Source: Treponema sp.
GTDB lineage: Bacteria; Spirochaetota; Spirochaetia; Treponematales; Breznakiellaceae
NCBI GenBank assembly: GCA_031283905.1
Contig: JAITAW010000162.1
Span: 1 to 27,481 of the forward strand
Direction of reading: 5' to 3'
DNA length: 27,481 nucleotides
Below, one piece after another: positions 8,164 through 17,516 of the stretch. The position numbers and the translations under genes are program-made. Below the pieces are notes generated by a model. That model searched no databases and was not told where the DNA came from. It was given only the letters and a program-made list of their open reading frames with translations. Position 1 is the stretch's first letter. Every line of letters begins with the position of its first letter.

Positions 8164-8955
8164 ATGAAACATGACAGTGTAAGGGTTATGTGCCTTATTC
8201 TTATGGCATGTATAGCAACAGCATCTGGCTTTACTGATGAACCCGCCCATTCTTTTGAAACCATCATTTTAGAGACATTTGATCACAACGATCAATCTCG
8301 ATATGATTGGAAGGTGGAGGGGAGCAAGTTCATCACAAAAACCGGTTCTGTAACGTATCCTCGCATGGCCTATGCCAATGAGTATCCATCATCACTTTTC
8401 CCATCTAAAGACGGGAAAGATGCGAATGGCAATACTCTTAACAGTTTGGGCATCAACGGGGCGTTTGATCGCAATGGGTATAACTGGATAGACGTGTATC
8501 CGGTACTCATAGCGGACGATCCGTCAATCGGCAAGCAGGCGGGCGATGTCGCGGAAATTCCCATCCGGGGTAGAACCAGTTCTATAAGCTTGTGGGTGTG
8601 GGGCGCAAATCTTGATTATTTTGTAGATGTCTATGTCAAAGATTATCAAGGTATTGTATACCCTCTGAAGTTGGGTGACATCAACTATACAGGATGGAGA
8701 AAATTGACGGTGATAGTGCCTACCAATATACCTCAATCCCACAAGTCGGCGCCGTATCATCGCCCCATACGATTAATCAAGTTCCGCATCTGGACGAAAC
8801 CGCGTGAGCAGGTGAATGATTTCTATGTGTACTTTGATCAGCTTACGGCGCTTACGGATGTGTATGAGTTGATTTACGATGGAAGCACGGTTGAAAACTC
8901 GGCGAAGAGAACCGACATTTGGGACGGTGATGATAATGGAGGATCTGGTCAATGA
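8164..8955 (+). CDS. flaA: Flagellar filament outer layer (sheath) protein, FlaA family
   Basis: Signal peptide, then SLGINGAFDRNGYNWIDVYP, ISLWVWGANLDY, LGDINYTGWRKL, FRIWTKPREQVNDFYVYFDQL. SD AAGGAG favours ATG 8164. Confidence 0.88.
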   Translation: MKHDSVRVMCLILMACIATASGFTDEPAHSFETIILETFDHNDQSRYDWKVEGSKFITKTGSVTYPRMAYANEYPSSLFPSKDGKDANGNTLNSLGINGAFDRNGYNWIDVYPVLIADDPSIGKQAGDVAEIPIRGRTSSISLWVWGANLDYFVDVYVKDYQGIVYPLKLGDINYTGWRKLTVIVPTNIPQSHKSAPYHRPIRLIKFRIWTKPREQVNDFYVYFDQLTALTDVYELIYDGSTVENSAKRTDIWDGDDNGGSGQ

Positions 8956-9674
8956 AAAAGTTATTTTTTGGTATAGTATGTCTATTGGCTAGCGGGTTTT
9001 TGTTCGCCCAGTCCAGCGACAATATAGACGCCGCAAGTCTCGGCATGGAGAACAGCGCGCAGCAGTATCTGAAAGAAATTTCTGTTGATAAATTTGAGGT
9101 GGAAGGGTTTTGGCGTTCAGAAATGTCAGTTGATCAGGGAATAACGTTGTCGCGACTCCGCGAGGGATCCCCTGAAGGGAAAGCGCCTCTTGCAGACGAA
9201 CAAGATATCTCCACTTCTGACATTTATATTTTAGGTACCAAGGTGGATTTCTATCACCGTGGACCCGCAACCTTCAAAATTTTGGCGGAACATCCTCTTC
9301 AGGTTGAGGGAATTACCAAGACTATTTCGGTATGGGCGGCCGGAAGAAATTTTAACCATGAGTTGTACGTTATTATTCAGGATTACAGCGGTAGGCAATA
9401 CAGCCTGAAAATGGGTTTGTTGAATTTCCAGGGATGGCAGCAACTTTCCATTGCTGTTCCCACTCAGGGAGATGACAAGTCTTTGGGTGGCATTAAGCAA
9501 CAGGATTACCACTACACCAGTAACATGGGCATTAAGATTATAGGCTTTGAAATCCGTTGCGATCCACTGGAAACCTACGGCACCTATTACTTGTACCTTG
9601 ATGATCTTCGAGTTGTAACAGATCTTTTCCTCGAAAACAACCGTGATTCTGATGATGTAGCAGACGATTGGTAA
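8952..9674 (+). CDS. flaA: Second FlaA-family sheath protein
   Basis: Signal peptide; ILGTKVDFYHRG, KTISVWAAGRNFNHEL, MGLLNFQGWQQL, YYLYLDDLRVVTDLF; ATGA overlap with the upstream paralogue. Confidence 0.9.
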   Translation: MKKLFFGIVCLLASGFLFAQSSDNIDAASLGMENSAQQYLKEISVDKFEVEGFWRSEMSVDQGITLSRLREGSPEGKAPLADEQDISTSDIYILGTKVDFYHRGPATFKILAEHPLQVEGITKTISVWAAGRNFNHELYVIIQDYSGRQYSLKMGLLNFQGWQQLSIAVPTQGDDKSLGGIKQQDYHYTSNMGIKIIGFEIRCDPLETYGTYYLYLDDLRVVTDLFLENNRDSDDVADDW

Positions 9675-9687
9675 GATTATGCATTCC

Positions 9688-9721
9688 AAAAAGGCAACGT
9701 ACATATTGCGTTGCCTTTTTT
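9688..9721 (+). terminator. Intrinsic terminator after the flaA pair
   Basis: AAAAAGGCAACG-TACATATTG-CGTTGCCTTTTTT: GC stem followed by a U-tract. Confidence 0.85.
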
Positions 9722-9851
9722 ATATGCAGCTATCATAGTATTACCATGTATTTATTATATTATGTAGTGAGAGCGCATGTTTTAGCGCTGGAAGCTGTTC
9801 CAAAACTTTCATATATGGAACATGCTCATTGATAGTTATAAGGAGTAACTT

Positions 9852-10427
9852 ATGGCAAACAAATTGATTTCGATTAAAACCGTGGTTGCGATTGGCATCG
9901 GGGCCGCTATTATGTTTGTCCTGATGCGTTTTGTGGCGATTCCGTCAGGGATTCCCAACACCAATCTTAATCTTTCTCCAGCAATAGTCGCGGTGTTTGC
10001 CGCCGTTTTCGGCCCCCTCGCCGGCTTGTTCATCGGTTTCATAGGGCATACTTTGACCGATCTGACATGGGGAAGCCCGTGGTGGAGTTGGATCATCGCA
10101 GACGCGATTTTCGGACTCCTAATCGGCATTTTTTGGAAATTCTTCAAAGTTGAGGAAGGTAAATTCGCTTTACCTCAAGTTCTTATATTCAATCTAACGC
10201 AGATACTGGCGAATGCCGTTGCATGGGTTGTCATCGCGCCGACACTGGATATTCTGATTTATCAAGAACCTTCGGATAAAGTAATTGTGCAAGGAGCGGT
10301 TGCGAGCGCTCTGAATGCGGGTGTGATATTGACAATCGGTACCATTTTGCTGTTAGGTTATTCACGAACACGGATAAAAGCAGGAAGTTTGAAACAAGGC
10401 GGAGAGTACAATGCTTCGAAAAAATAG
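9852..10427 (+). CDS. ECF transporter S component (UPF0397/DUF1393 type)
   Basis: SIKTVVAIGIGAA...IPSGIPNT...FGPLAGLFIGFIGH.L.D..WGSPWWSWI; several hydrophobic helices; SD AAGGAG. Confidence 0.9.
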   Translation: MANKLISIKTVVAIGIGAAIMFVLMRFVAIPSGIPNTNLNLSPAIVAVFAAVFGPLAGLFIGFIGHTLTDLTWGSPWWSWIIADAIFGLLIGIFWKFFKVEEGKFALPQVLIFNLTQILANAVAWVVIAPTLDILIYQEPSDKVIVQGAVASALNAGVILTIGTILLLGYSRTRIKAGSLKQGGEYNASKK

Positions 10428-10436
10428 GTTTTCTGA

Positions 10437-12164
10437 ATGAATGAAACGGCGCTGACTTTTAGCAATTTTACTTTTACGTACAAAGTGCAGACAGCGCCGA
10501 CTCTTTATAACGTTGACTTAACTATCCGTAAAGGTGAAAAAACGCTTATACTGGGACATTCGGGTTCCGGAAAAAGTACATTGGCTCATTGTATAAATGG
10601 TCTTATACCGCACGCTTTTGACGGCGCCTCAAGTGGATCGCTTTTTGTTTTGGGAGAAGACGCCGGAACACTTGATATTTTTTCCTTATCAAAAAAAGTT
10701 GGTACCGTACTACAGGACACGGACGGCCAGTTTGTGGGTTTAAACGCGGCGGAAGACATCGCTTTTGCCGCTGAGAATGACTGCCTGCCCGCTGACGAGA
10801 TGCATACCCTCGTGTTTGACACGGCGAAACTTGTCAACATAGAAAACCACCTTAAAAAATCCCCGCAAAACCTTTCGGGAGGGCAGAAGCAACGGGTTTC
10901 CATAGCGGGCGTTCTCATTGACCAAGTGGAAATTCTTTTGTTCGATGAACCGCTCGCCAACCTTGATCCGGCGGCAGGCAAGCAGACCATTGAACTCATA
11001 GACGATTTGCACAAACAGACGAACAAAACCATCATCATCATTGAGCATAGACTTGAAGACGTACTTCATCGTAGCGTTGACCGCATAGTGGTATTGGAAA
11101 AAGGGCGCGTCATCGCGGATATGAAGCCGGAAACGCTACTTGCCTCAACGATTTTACGGGATGCCGGTATGAGGGAACCGCTCTACATAAGCGCCTTACG
11201 GTACGCAGGCATTACAATAACCGAGGATCGTAAGCCGACGAGCGTCAGTTCCATCGAATTCGATTCCATCGTCTTGCAAAAATGGGATCAAAGTTTGGAT
11301 GAAAAACCCCTCAAGGAAAAAGCGCCGCCTCTTCTTGAAATCAAAAATCTTTCTTTTCGCTATGGAACCCCGGAAGAATCGCCGAATCAGAACGGTTTGG
11401 TGTTGGACGATGTTTCGTTTTCTATTGAAAAGGGTGCCATAGCGGCGCTTGCGGGAAAAAACGGCGCGGGAAAATCAACGCTGGCAAAACTCGTCTGCGG
11501 ATTCGACAAGCCCACATCAGGAAACGTCTTTTTTGACGGCAATGACCTCGCGCCTTTTTCCATAAAGGAGCGAGCCGAGCGTATCGGCTATGTAATGCAG
11601 AATCCCAATCAGATGATCTCATTTCCGCTGATTTTCGATGAAGTTGCGTTCGGTTTGCGCAACCGGGGAACGCCGGAAAACGAGGTTACGGACAGAGTTG
11701 GACAGACTTTGAATATTTGCGGACTATACCCTTTCAAGACATGGCCCATTCGCGCTTTGAGCTTTGGTCAAAAGAAACGGCTTACTATCGCGTCTATTCT
11801 GGTGATGGGTCCGGCAATGCTCATATTGGATGAACCTACGGCCGGACAGGATTTTCGCAACTATGCGCGGATCATGGAATTTGTCAAAAAGTTGAATGCG
11901 GAACAGGGTATCACCCTGTTGATGATTACCCATGATATGCACCTTATGCTGGAATACACGAGCCGGGCCATTGTCATTGCGGATGGCAGGCTCATCGCCG
12001 ATGATGAGCCTGCCATTGTCTTGAGTGACAGGGCAAAAACGGAAGCGGCAAGCCTTAAACGGACTTCACTCTATGATCTCGCGGTACGCGCACACATCGC
12101 GGATGCCGAAGGTTTTGTAAGGAGATTTATCGCCTATGAACAACGTAATGCTCGCCTATCTTGA
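10437..12164 (+). CDS. ECF transporter fused double ATPase (EcfA-A')
   Basis: Two NBDs: GHSGSGKS / LSGGQKQR / LLFDEP and GKNGAGKS / LSFGQKKR / LILDEP / ITHD. Confidence 0.95.
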   Translation: MNETALTFSNFTFTYKVQTAPTLYNVDLTIRKGEKTLILGHSGSGKSTLAHCINGLIPHAFDGASSGSLFVLGEDAGTLDIFSLSKKVGTVLQDTDGQFVGLNAAEDIAFAAENDCLPADEMHTLVFDTAKLVNIENHLKKSPQNLSGGQKQRVSIAGVLIDQVEILLFDEPLANLDPAAGKQTIELIDDLHKQTNKTIIIIEHRLEDVLHRSVDRIVVLEKGRVIADMKPETLLASTILRDAGMREPLYISALRYAGITITEDRKPTSVSSIEFDSIVLQKWDQSLDEKPLKEKAPPLLEIKNLSFRYGTPEESPNQNGLVLDDVSFSIEKGAIAALAGKNGAGKSTLAKLVCGFDKPTSGNVFFDGNDLAPFSIKERAERIGYVMQNPNQMISFPLIFDEVAFGLRNRGTPENEVTDRVGQTLNICGLYPFKTWPIRALSFGQKKRLTIASILVMGPAMLILDEPTAGQDFRNYARIMEFVKKLNAEQGITLLMITHDMHLMLEYTSRAIVIADGRLIADDEPAIVLSDRAKTEAASLKRTSLYDLAVRAHIADAEGFVRRFIAYEQRNARLS

Positions 12165-12966
12165 GCGTCAATCGCCCATTCACAGACTTTCCGGCGCGAC
12201 AAAACTCATCGTGTTTCTGCTGTGGTCAATTGTTGTCATGGTCGGCTATGACGCGAGGATCATGCTGGGACTCGGCGTTATAAGCATCCTCTTGTTCATC
12301 GTTTCGGGAACCAAGCTACGTGAAGTGTCGTTTATTTTCAAGATGCTCGTCTTTTTTATGCTCCTGAACATCATCGCCATCTACATATTCGCGCCGGAGC
12401 AGGGTGTAGTTATTTACCAGACGCGGCATACGCTTATCGAAGGATCGGGACGGTGGACTCTCACTGCGGAAGAGCTGTTCTATGAGTTCAACATCCTTCT
12501 GAAATACACCTGTATCGTGCCGGTCGCCATTCTGCTTATCGTAACCACGCATCCAAGCGAATTCGCCGCTTCCCTTAACCGCATCGGCGTGAGTTACAGC
12601 ATAGCTTACGCGGTGAGCATCACCCTCCGGTACATACCCGATGTGCAGCGGGATTACGAAACGATAGCCCGGTCCCAACAGGCGCGGGGACTGGAGCTTT
12701 CCAAAAAAGCCTCTCCTGTAAAACGGCTCAAGGGCGCGGCGGCCATCCTCCTGCCTCTCATTTTTTCATCGCTGGATCGCATTGACGTGATAAGCCAGGC
12801 AATGGAGTTGCGCGGTTTCGGCAAGAACAAAAAACGCACGTGGTATTCGCAACGCCCCTTCGCCAAAGCCGACGCGCTGACATTGGCGGTTTCGGTACCG
12901 CTTTTCATTGGCGCCATATGGTTCATTTTTAGAGATGGCAGCCGTTTCTGGAATCCGTTTGTCTAA
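12136..12966 (+). CDS. ecfT: ECF transporter transmembrane T component (on the + strand; the track's '-' label is wrong)
   Basis: The + strand reads ATG AAC AAC GTA ATG CTC from 12136 and ends TTT GTC TAA at 12966. It carries SPIHRL and the conserved ARG motifs (QQARG, MELRGF) and completes the S-AA'-T operon. Confidence 0.95.
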   Translation: MNNVMLAYLERQSPIHRLSGATKLIVFLLWSIVVMVGYDARIMLGLGVISILLFIVSGTKLREVSFIFKMLVFFMLLNIIAIYIFAPEQGVVIYQTRHTLIEGSGRWTLTAEELFYEFNILLKYTCIVPVAILLIVTTHPSEFAASLNRIGVSYSIAYAVSITLRYIPDVQRDYETIARSQQARGLELSKKASPVKRLKGAAAILLPLIFSSLDRIDVISQAMELRGFGKNKKRTWYSQRPFAKADALTLAVSVPLFIGAIWFIFRDGSRFWNPFV

Positions 12967-13206
12967 CGGGCGTCCGTCGGGGCATTAGCCAGGTTGTCTT
13001 TCGAGCTTGCCATTGTAAAGATCGAACGTATCGTAATGTTCAATCTCATCGATCAGAATGACGGTATGCCTCGGTGTTAGGGCGCAGTTGTAGCGAAACC
13101 GCAAGTGTACTATGCGTACCGTGCGGCGGCGGGAATCCACGTTCGGTCTCCGCCGGTTTCCGCCAGCAGCCTTTTACCGCACCGCCTATAAATTCCGAAT
13201 TCCCTC

Positions 13207-13235
13207 TTGACAACCGGTTTATGGAACTATATTAT
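13207..13235 (+). promoter_or_regulatory. Sigma70 promoter of the M23-bactofilin-yaaR-ricT operon
   Basis: TTGACA (13207-13212), 17 bp, TATTAT (13230-13235). The track's TTG start coincides with the -35 box and is unlikely to be real. Confidence 0.75.
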
Positions 13236-13269
13236 AGAAGACAGTAATATTTGTAAAAAGAGGTGTAGC

Positions 13270-14316
13270 GTGTCGGCTATATTAACCTATAAACGCTTGG
13301 AAAATAAGGCTGTCCAAAAGGTAAAACGCGCTTTTATATTGATTGGGAGAGGTATGGGCATCTTTTTTAAGTCTATATTCAAAGGCTTAGGCAAACAATA
13401 TACGATAGTACTGGTTCCTCATTCCGAGAAGAAAGTCTATAATCTTCATATTTCGATTTTTGTGGCAATCTGTTTCGTGCTGTTGCTTGTCGGCGGAGCT
13501 GCGGCGCTGTTCTGGTACGGAGCATCCTCAAATATGGGGAGCATAGTTGCGGTTACAGACAAGGATGGCAGGCTCAAAAAGACGCAGGCGAGCCTTGATC
13601 AACTTCGTGAGGAGAGCGCTCTGCTCGTGCGGGAGGCGCGTGGGTTTGAAGCTGCGCTTTCCGATACGCTTTCCGCGCTTGGCGCGGATATGCCCGCCTT
13701 CAATGAAGATAATTCAGGCGCGGGCGGGGATCTGTCGTCATTTTTCGACATACAGGAAACGCCCGAAGGCGTCCTTCAGGAAGTGAATAATATGCGCGGG
13801 CTGAGAGGGTACCTTTCTTCCGCTGTTAAACCGCTCAAAGAAATTGGTGCGCTTCTTAACTCGCACAGCGCCTTGTTGACGGAAATCCCCAGCATCTGGC
13901 CCATAAAAGGTGGTATCGGGCATATTTCCATGAGCTTTGGTCAGAACGTAAATCCCTTCACCGGGCAATTTTATATTCATAAAGGCATTGATCTTTCCAC
14001 GTACCGGCAGGGCGATCCAATTGTTACGACTGCCGATGGCCAGGTCGTTACGGTAGATTTTGATCCGGGCGGATTTGGAAACTACGTCATCATCAAGCAC
14101 AAGCACGGATTTTATACCCGTTATGCGCACATGCTCAGTGTGCGCGTGAAGACGGGGCAGCGTGTTCAGCAGGGTGATGTTATAGGCTATATAGGAAACA
14201 CCGGTCTTTCAACAGGACCTCATGTCCATTACGAGGTGCATGTAGGCTCAGATGTGGTTGATCCCTATAAATATATTAACATACGAGACACCCTCATTAA
14301 ACCGATTGAAAAGTAG
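13270..14316 (+). CDS. M23 family metallopeptidase (TM + coiled coil + LytM domain)
   Basis: Probable GTG start at 13270. TM segment FVAICFVLLLVGGAAALFW, coiled coil, then HKGIDL (HxxxD), GFGNYVIIKH, YAHM and STGPHVHYEV (HxH). Confidence 0.92.
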   Translation: MSAILTYKRLENKAVQKVKRAFILIGRGMGIFFKSIFKGLGKQYTIVLVPHSEKKVYNLHISIFVAICFVLLLVGGAAALFWYGASSNMGSIVAVTDKDGRLKKTQASLDQLREESALLVREARGFEAALSDTLSALGADMPAFNEDNSGAGGDLSSFFDIQETPEGVLQEVNNMRGLRGYLSSAVKPLKEIGALLNSHSALLTEIPSIWPIKGGIGHISMSFGQNVNPFTGQFYIHKGIDLSTYRQGDPIVTTADGQVVTVDFDPGGFGNYVIIKHKHGFYTRYAHMLSVRVKTGQRVQQGDVIGYIGNTGLSTGPHVHYEVHVGSDVVDPYKYINIRDTLIKPIEK

Positions 14317-14322
14317 GCGTCC

Positions 14323-14751
14323 ATGGCAAATGAATTTTCAGTGAATACCATTATAGGCCCAAATTCCAGCGTTGTAGGCGATGTCGATTCCGCGGGTTTT
14401 ACTCGCGTGGACGGCAGTTTGCATGGCAATCTGAGAGCAAAGGGCAGGGTGATTATCGGCGAGAAAGCCCGTATGAAAAGTGATGTGGCCGGGACGTCCA
14501 TTACCATAGGCGGCGTGGTGTATGGCAATGTTATTGCCAGTGAGCGGCTTATCATTCTTTCGAGCGCCCTTGTGTTGGGCGACATCATTACGCGGCGTAT
14601 TCAAGCCGATGAAGGCTGCTTGATTCACGGCAAGGTGTCGGTTTGCACAAGCGATGAGCAATGGGAAAAAACCCTCGCCGAGTATCGTGATATGCGGGGT
14701 ATGCTTTCCGCGCTTTCAACAGCGTCAAAGAAAGTGCGAATACGGCGTTGA
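14323..14751 (+). CDS. Bactofilin (polymer-forming cytoskeletal protein, CcmA family)
   Basis: NTIIGPNSSVVGDV...RVDGSLHGN...VIIGEKA...I.IGGVVYGNV...L.ILSSA.V.GDI...I..DEG..IHG beta-helix repeats. Confidence 0.92.
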   Translation: MANEFSVNTIIGPNSSVVGDVDSAGFTRVDGSLHGNLRAKGRVIIGEKARMKSDVAGTSITIGGVVYGNVIASERLIILSSALVLGDIITRRIQADEGCLIHGKVSVCTSDEQWEKTLAEYRDMRGMLSALSTASKKVRIRR

Positions 14752-14770
14752 AGCGCGAAACTGGACGCTT

Positions 14771-15271
14771 GTGGACAAGATAGAAAGCGCCGCTCCATTT
14801 TTTAACCCTATTTCATATTCAGGGCTTAAAAATGAGCTGAGAAAGACTCACAATAAATCCGAAGTCAAGTCAAAATCTTTATTTCGTACTCTTTTGGAAC
14901 AGACGGATGAGGAAACCGAAATCTTTGACGTGCAGAAACTGCCGGTTGCTGAAGAGACTATCAACCAACTGCTTGAAGATGTCCATAGCGCGGGTGATGA
15001 TCTAAGAAAGCGTCCCTTGCCTGCGGAAATTCTGAAATATAAACAGGCGGTGAGGAATTTCCTTGCTTTTATTGTACAAAACACCTATGATATTGAAAAA
15101 CAGTATACGGGCGTAAATCTTCGCAAACGGAAGGAAAAAACGCTCATTCAGATTGTAGACAAGAAGCTCGATCAGTTGGCGGCGGATATTCTTGCTGGTC
15201 AGCGCGATCAGCTTGTAATTTTGGAGCGTCTTGAAGAAATCACCGGTATTCTGGTAGACTTGCTTCAATGA
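14771..15271 (+). CDS. yaaR: YaaR (DUF327) family protein
   Basis: LLEDVHSAGDDL...YKQAVRNFL.FIV...IVDKKLDQLAADIL..QRDQL.IL.RLEEITGILVDLL. GTG 14771 is preferred because it avoids overlapping the bactofilin gene. Confidence 0.85.
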   Translation: MDKIESAAPFFNPISYSGLKNELRKTHNKSEVKSKSLFRTLLEQTDEETEIFDVQKLPVAEETINQLLEDVHSAGDDLRKRPLPAEILKYKQAVRNFLAFIVQNTYDIEKQYTGVNLRKRKEKTLIQIVDKKLDQLAADILAGQRDQLVILERLEEITGILVDLLQ

Positions 15272-15286
15272 AAGCGAGGTGACATT

Positions 15287-16291
15287 ATGAGTGATTATTT
15301 AGATGAAGATATTATTGATTTTGATGATTCCGAAGAATTAATAGAGCAAATCGCCACCGTTATTGTTGAGAGTCGCGAGATTATGCCCGATACGCCTGTG
15401 TACCGCTTGCGTCTCTTCTACTCCAATGAGACGTTTCTTGCGGCTTATAATGGGGAAGTCCTTGAAAAAGGACGCATGGTGATTGTGCCGACCCGCCACG
15501 GCAGGGACTTAGCCAAGGTTATGGGGCAGATAAGAAAAGGTTCTTACTTTTCGGAGATGGCCGTTATAGAACGGCTTGCGACAGACGAAGACTTAGACAA
15601 AGCCGCCAACAACAAAGTTCTGGAATGTGAGGCCTTTGCCATATGCAAAGAAAAGATAGCGGCGCATCATCTTGATATGAAGCTGGTGTCCGTGCATTAT
15701 CTTTTGGAAGATCCTAAGATATTATTTTTTTTTACTGCCGACAACCGCGTTGATTTTCGGGAACTGGTCAAAGACATGGTGAGCGTGTTCAAAGTGCGCA
15801 TTGAGTTGCGTCAGATTGGCATACGTGATGAAGCGCGGGTTTTGGGCGGGCTTGGCATCTGCGGCAGAGACTATTGTTGCCACGCTGTCTCCGATAAACT
15901 GAAGCCTGTGTCGATCAAGATGGCGAAAGATCAGAACCTGTCTCTCAATTCCATGAAAATCTCTGGCCCCTGCGGACGCCTTTTATGTTGCCTCTCCTAC
16001 GAACACTGCTTCTATTGCGAACAGCGCCGTTCATGTCCCCATGAAGGGATAAAGGTGTCTTACAACGGTACAATGTGGCGAATACTGGAGGTGAATGTGA
16101 TTTTGGGGAAAATAAAGCTCGTTGCTGAAGACGGCAGCCAACTGGAAGCGCCTATCGCGTCATGTGAAAAAATAGACGGACATTGGCGAATATCAGAATG
16201 GGGGCTTACGCCCGCGCATTCCAATACATCCTTCGCCCCCGGCGAGGACAAAGGATGCCCATCCATCGTCCTGCGCGAGACGACTTTTTAA
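15287..16291 (+). CDS. ricT: PSP1-domain protein (RicT/YaaT family)
   Basis: FFFTADNRVDFRELVKD...RIELRQIGIRDEA...GG.GICGR..CC...MAKDQNLSLN..KISGPCGRLLCCLSYE. Confidence 0.92.
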   Translation: MSDYLDEDIIDFDDSEELIEQIATVIVESREIMPDTPVYRLRLFYSNETFLAAYNGEVLEKGRMVIVPTRHGRDLAKVMGQIRKGSYFSEMAVIERLATDEDLDKAANNKVLECEAFAICKEKIAAHHLDMKLVSVHYLLEDPKILFFFTADNRVDFRELVKDMVSVFKVRIELRQIGIRDEARVLGGLGICGRDYCCHAVSDKLKPVSIKMAKDQNLSLNSMKISGPCGRLLCCLSYEHCFYCEQRRSCPHEGIKVSYNGTMWRILEVNVILGKIKLVAEDGSQLEAPIASCEKIDGHWRISEWGLTPAHSNTSFAPGEDKGCPSIVLRETTF

Positions 16292-17451
16292 CGCGGCGTT
16301 TTCGCTAAATCACAAATTCTACGCGCCATGTTTTGAAGGGAGACCTGCTCTTGTACATGACCTAGTTCAAACGCAATGCGAGGCATACCGTACACAACGG
16401 CGGAAGATTCGTCCTGACCCAAGGTAAGTCCGCCTTCTTTGTAGATTTCGCCGATTTGTTCGGCGCCATCCCGCCCCATACCGGTCATAATGACGCCGAG
16501 CGCATGGTTGCCGTACCATTTGGCGACTGAGGCGAAAAGTACATCGGCCGAGGGGCGATGCCCACTGACAAGGGGAGCATCGGTAAGATGAACGATGGCG
16601 CCCTGAAGACACTTTTCCACCTCGAGATGTTTGTTGCCCTGGGCTATAAGGGCGCGTCCGGCTTGAATGGCATCGCCTTCTTCAGCTTCTTTAACTTCAA
16701 GGGGGCAAATGCGGTCAAGGCTCCGCGCGAACTCAAGGGTGAAACCGGGGGGCATGTGCTGAACAACCACAATCGGCACCTTGAGGTCCGCATCGAGGTT
16801 TGAGAACACGAACCGAAGCGCGTCCGGACCGCCGGTTGAAATGCCTATGGCAATGATGTCGGTTTTGCCTGGGTTGCGCAAAGGCCGATGCATCTTTGCC
16901 GTACCACGCGGCGGAATAACAAGACCGTCTGCAGACTTAATGAATTGCGATTGGGTGGTTCCTGTCTGCGATGATCCGCCGCTCTTTGCGGACAGCTTTC
17001 CCGTATAATCAACAGGCGCCACTTTTTTGCCTTGTTTTTTGCGATACTGTCCGCCGTAGCCTAGAAGCATGTCGGTAAGGGAATCTTTCACCGTGTGAAT
17101 GTCATCCGAAATGGAACCCGACGGTTTTTGAATAAAATCACTCGCGCCGAGCGCAAGCGCTTCCATGGTGATTTCCGCGCCGCGAGCGGCTATTGAGGAA
17201 AGAATAACAACCGGTATCTTGATGCCTTGTTTTCTGCGCTCTTTCAAAAATTCAATACCGTTCATTTCTGGCATTTCAAGGTCAAGCACAATAACATCGG
17301 GGTTGACGCGCGGAATTTTTTGAAGCGCGAATTTGCCATTCATCGCCTTGTCCGCCACCACAAGCCCCGAAGTGCTTTCTACCATGCGTCCTATCAAATT
17401 CCGCATCAACGCGGAATCGTCAACAATCAAAACACTAATGTCTTCAGCCAT
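16288..17451 (-). CDS. cheB: Chemotaxis response regulator protein-glutamate methylesterase
   Basis: Receiver domain (LIVDDSALMR, LDLEMPEMNG) plus methylesterase domain (IGISTGGP, QHMP, HRPSADVLF, MTGMGRDGA). Confidence 0.97.
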   Translation of the reverse strand: MAEDISVLIVDDSALMRNLIGRMVESTSGLVVADKAMNGKFALQKIPRVNPDVIVLDLEMPEMNGIEFLKERRKQGIKIPVVILSSIAARGAEITMEALALGASDFIQKPSGSISDDIHTVKDSLTDMLLGYGGQYRKKQGKKVAPVDYTGKLSAKSGGSSQTGTTQSQFIKSADGLVIPPRGTAKMHRPLRNPGKTDIIAIGISTGGPDALRFVFSNLDADLKVPIVVVQHMPPGFTLEFARSLDRICPLEVKEAEEGDAIQAGRALIAQGNKHLEVEKCLQGAIVHLTDAPLVSGHRPSADVLFASVAKWYGNHALGVIMTGMGRDGAEQIGEIYKEGGLTLGQDESSAVVYGMPRIAFELGHVQEQVSLQNMARRICDLAKTPR

Positions 17452-17516
17452 ACATTATAACTCCTGCTTATGCGCCTCTTCGCGTACATGATAATCAACC
17501 ATGAACTGAAACTACG

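Noticed and set aside
9720-9850. Known riboswitch (TPP, FMN, SAM-I/III, cobalamin, purine) before the ECF operon
   Set aside because: None of the diagnostic consensus motifs is present; reported only as an unclassified candidate.
12136-12966. ORF-track strand label '-' for the 276-aa ECF T component
   Set aside because: The listed protein MNNVMLAY... reads directly from the + strand (ATG at 12136, TAA at 12964-12966), so the label is an error and not an inverted gene.
12970-13200. Minus-strand frame ...HTVILIDEIEHYDTFDLY... resembling a Walker B motif
   Set aside because: Under 60 codons, with no Walker A or other support and no convincing start; it may be chance or an unidentifiable remnant.
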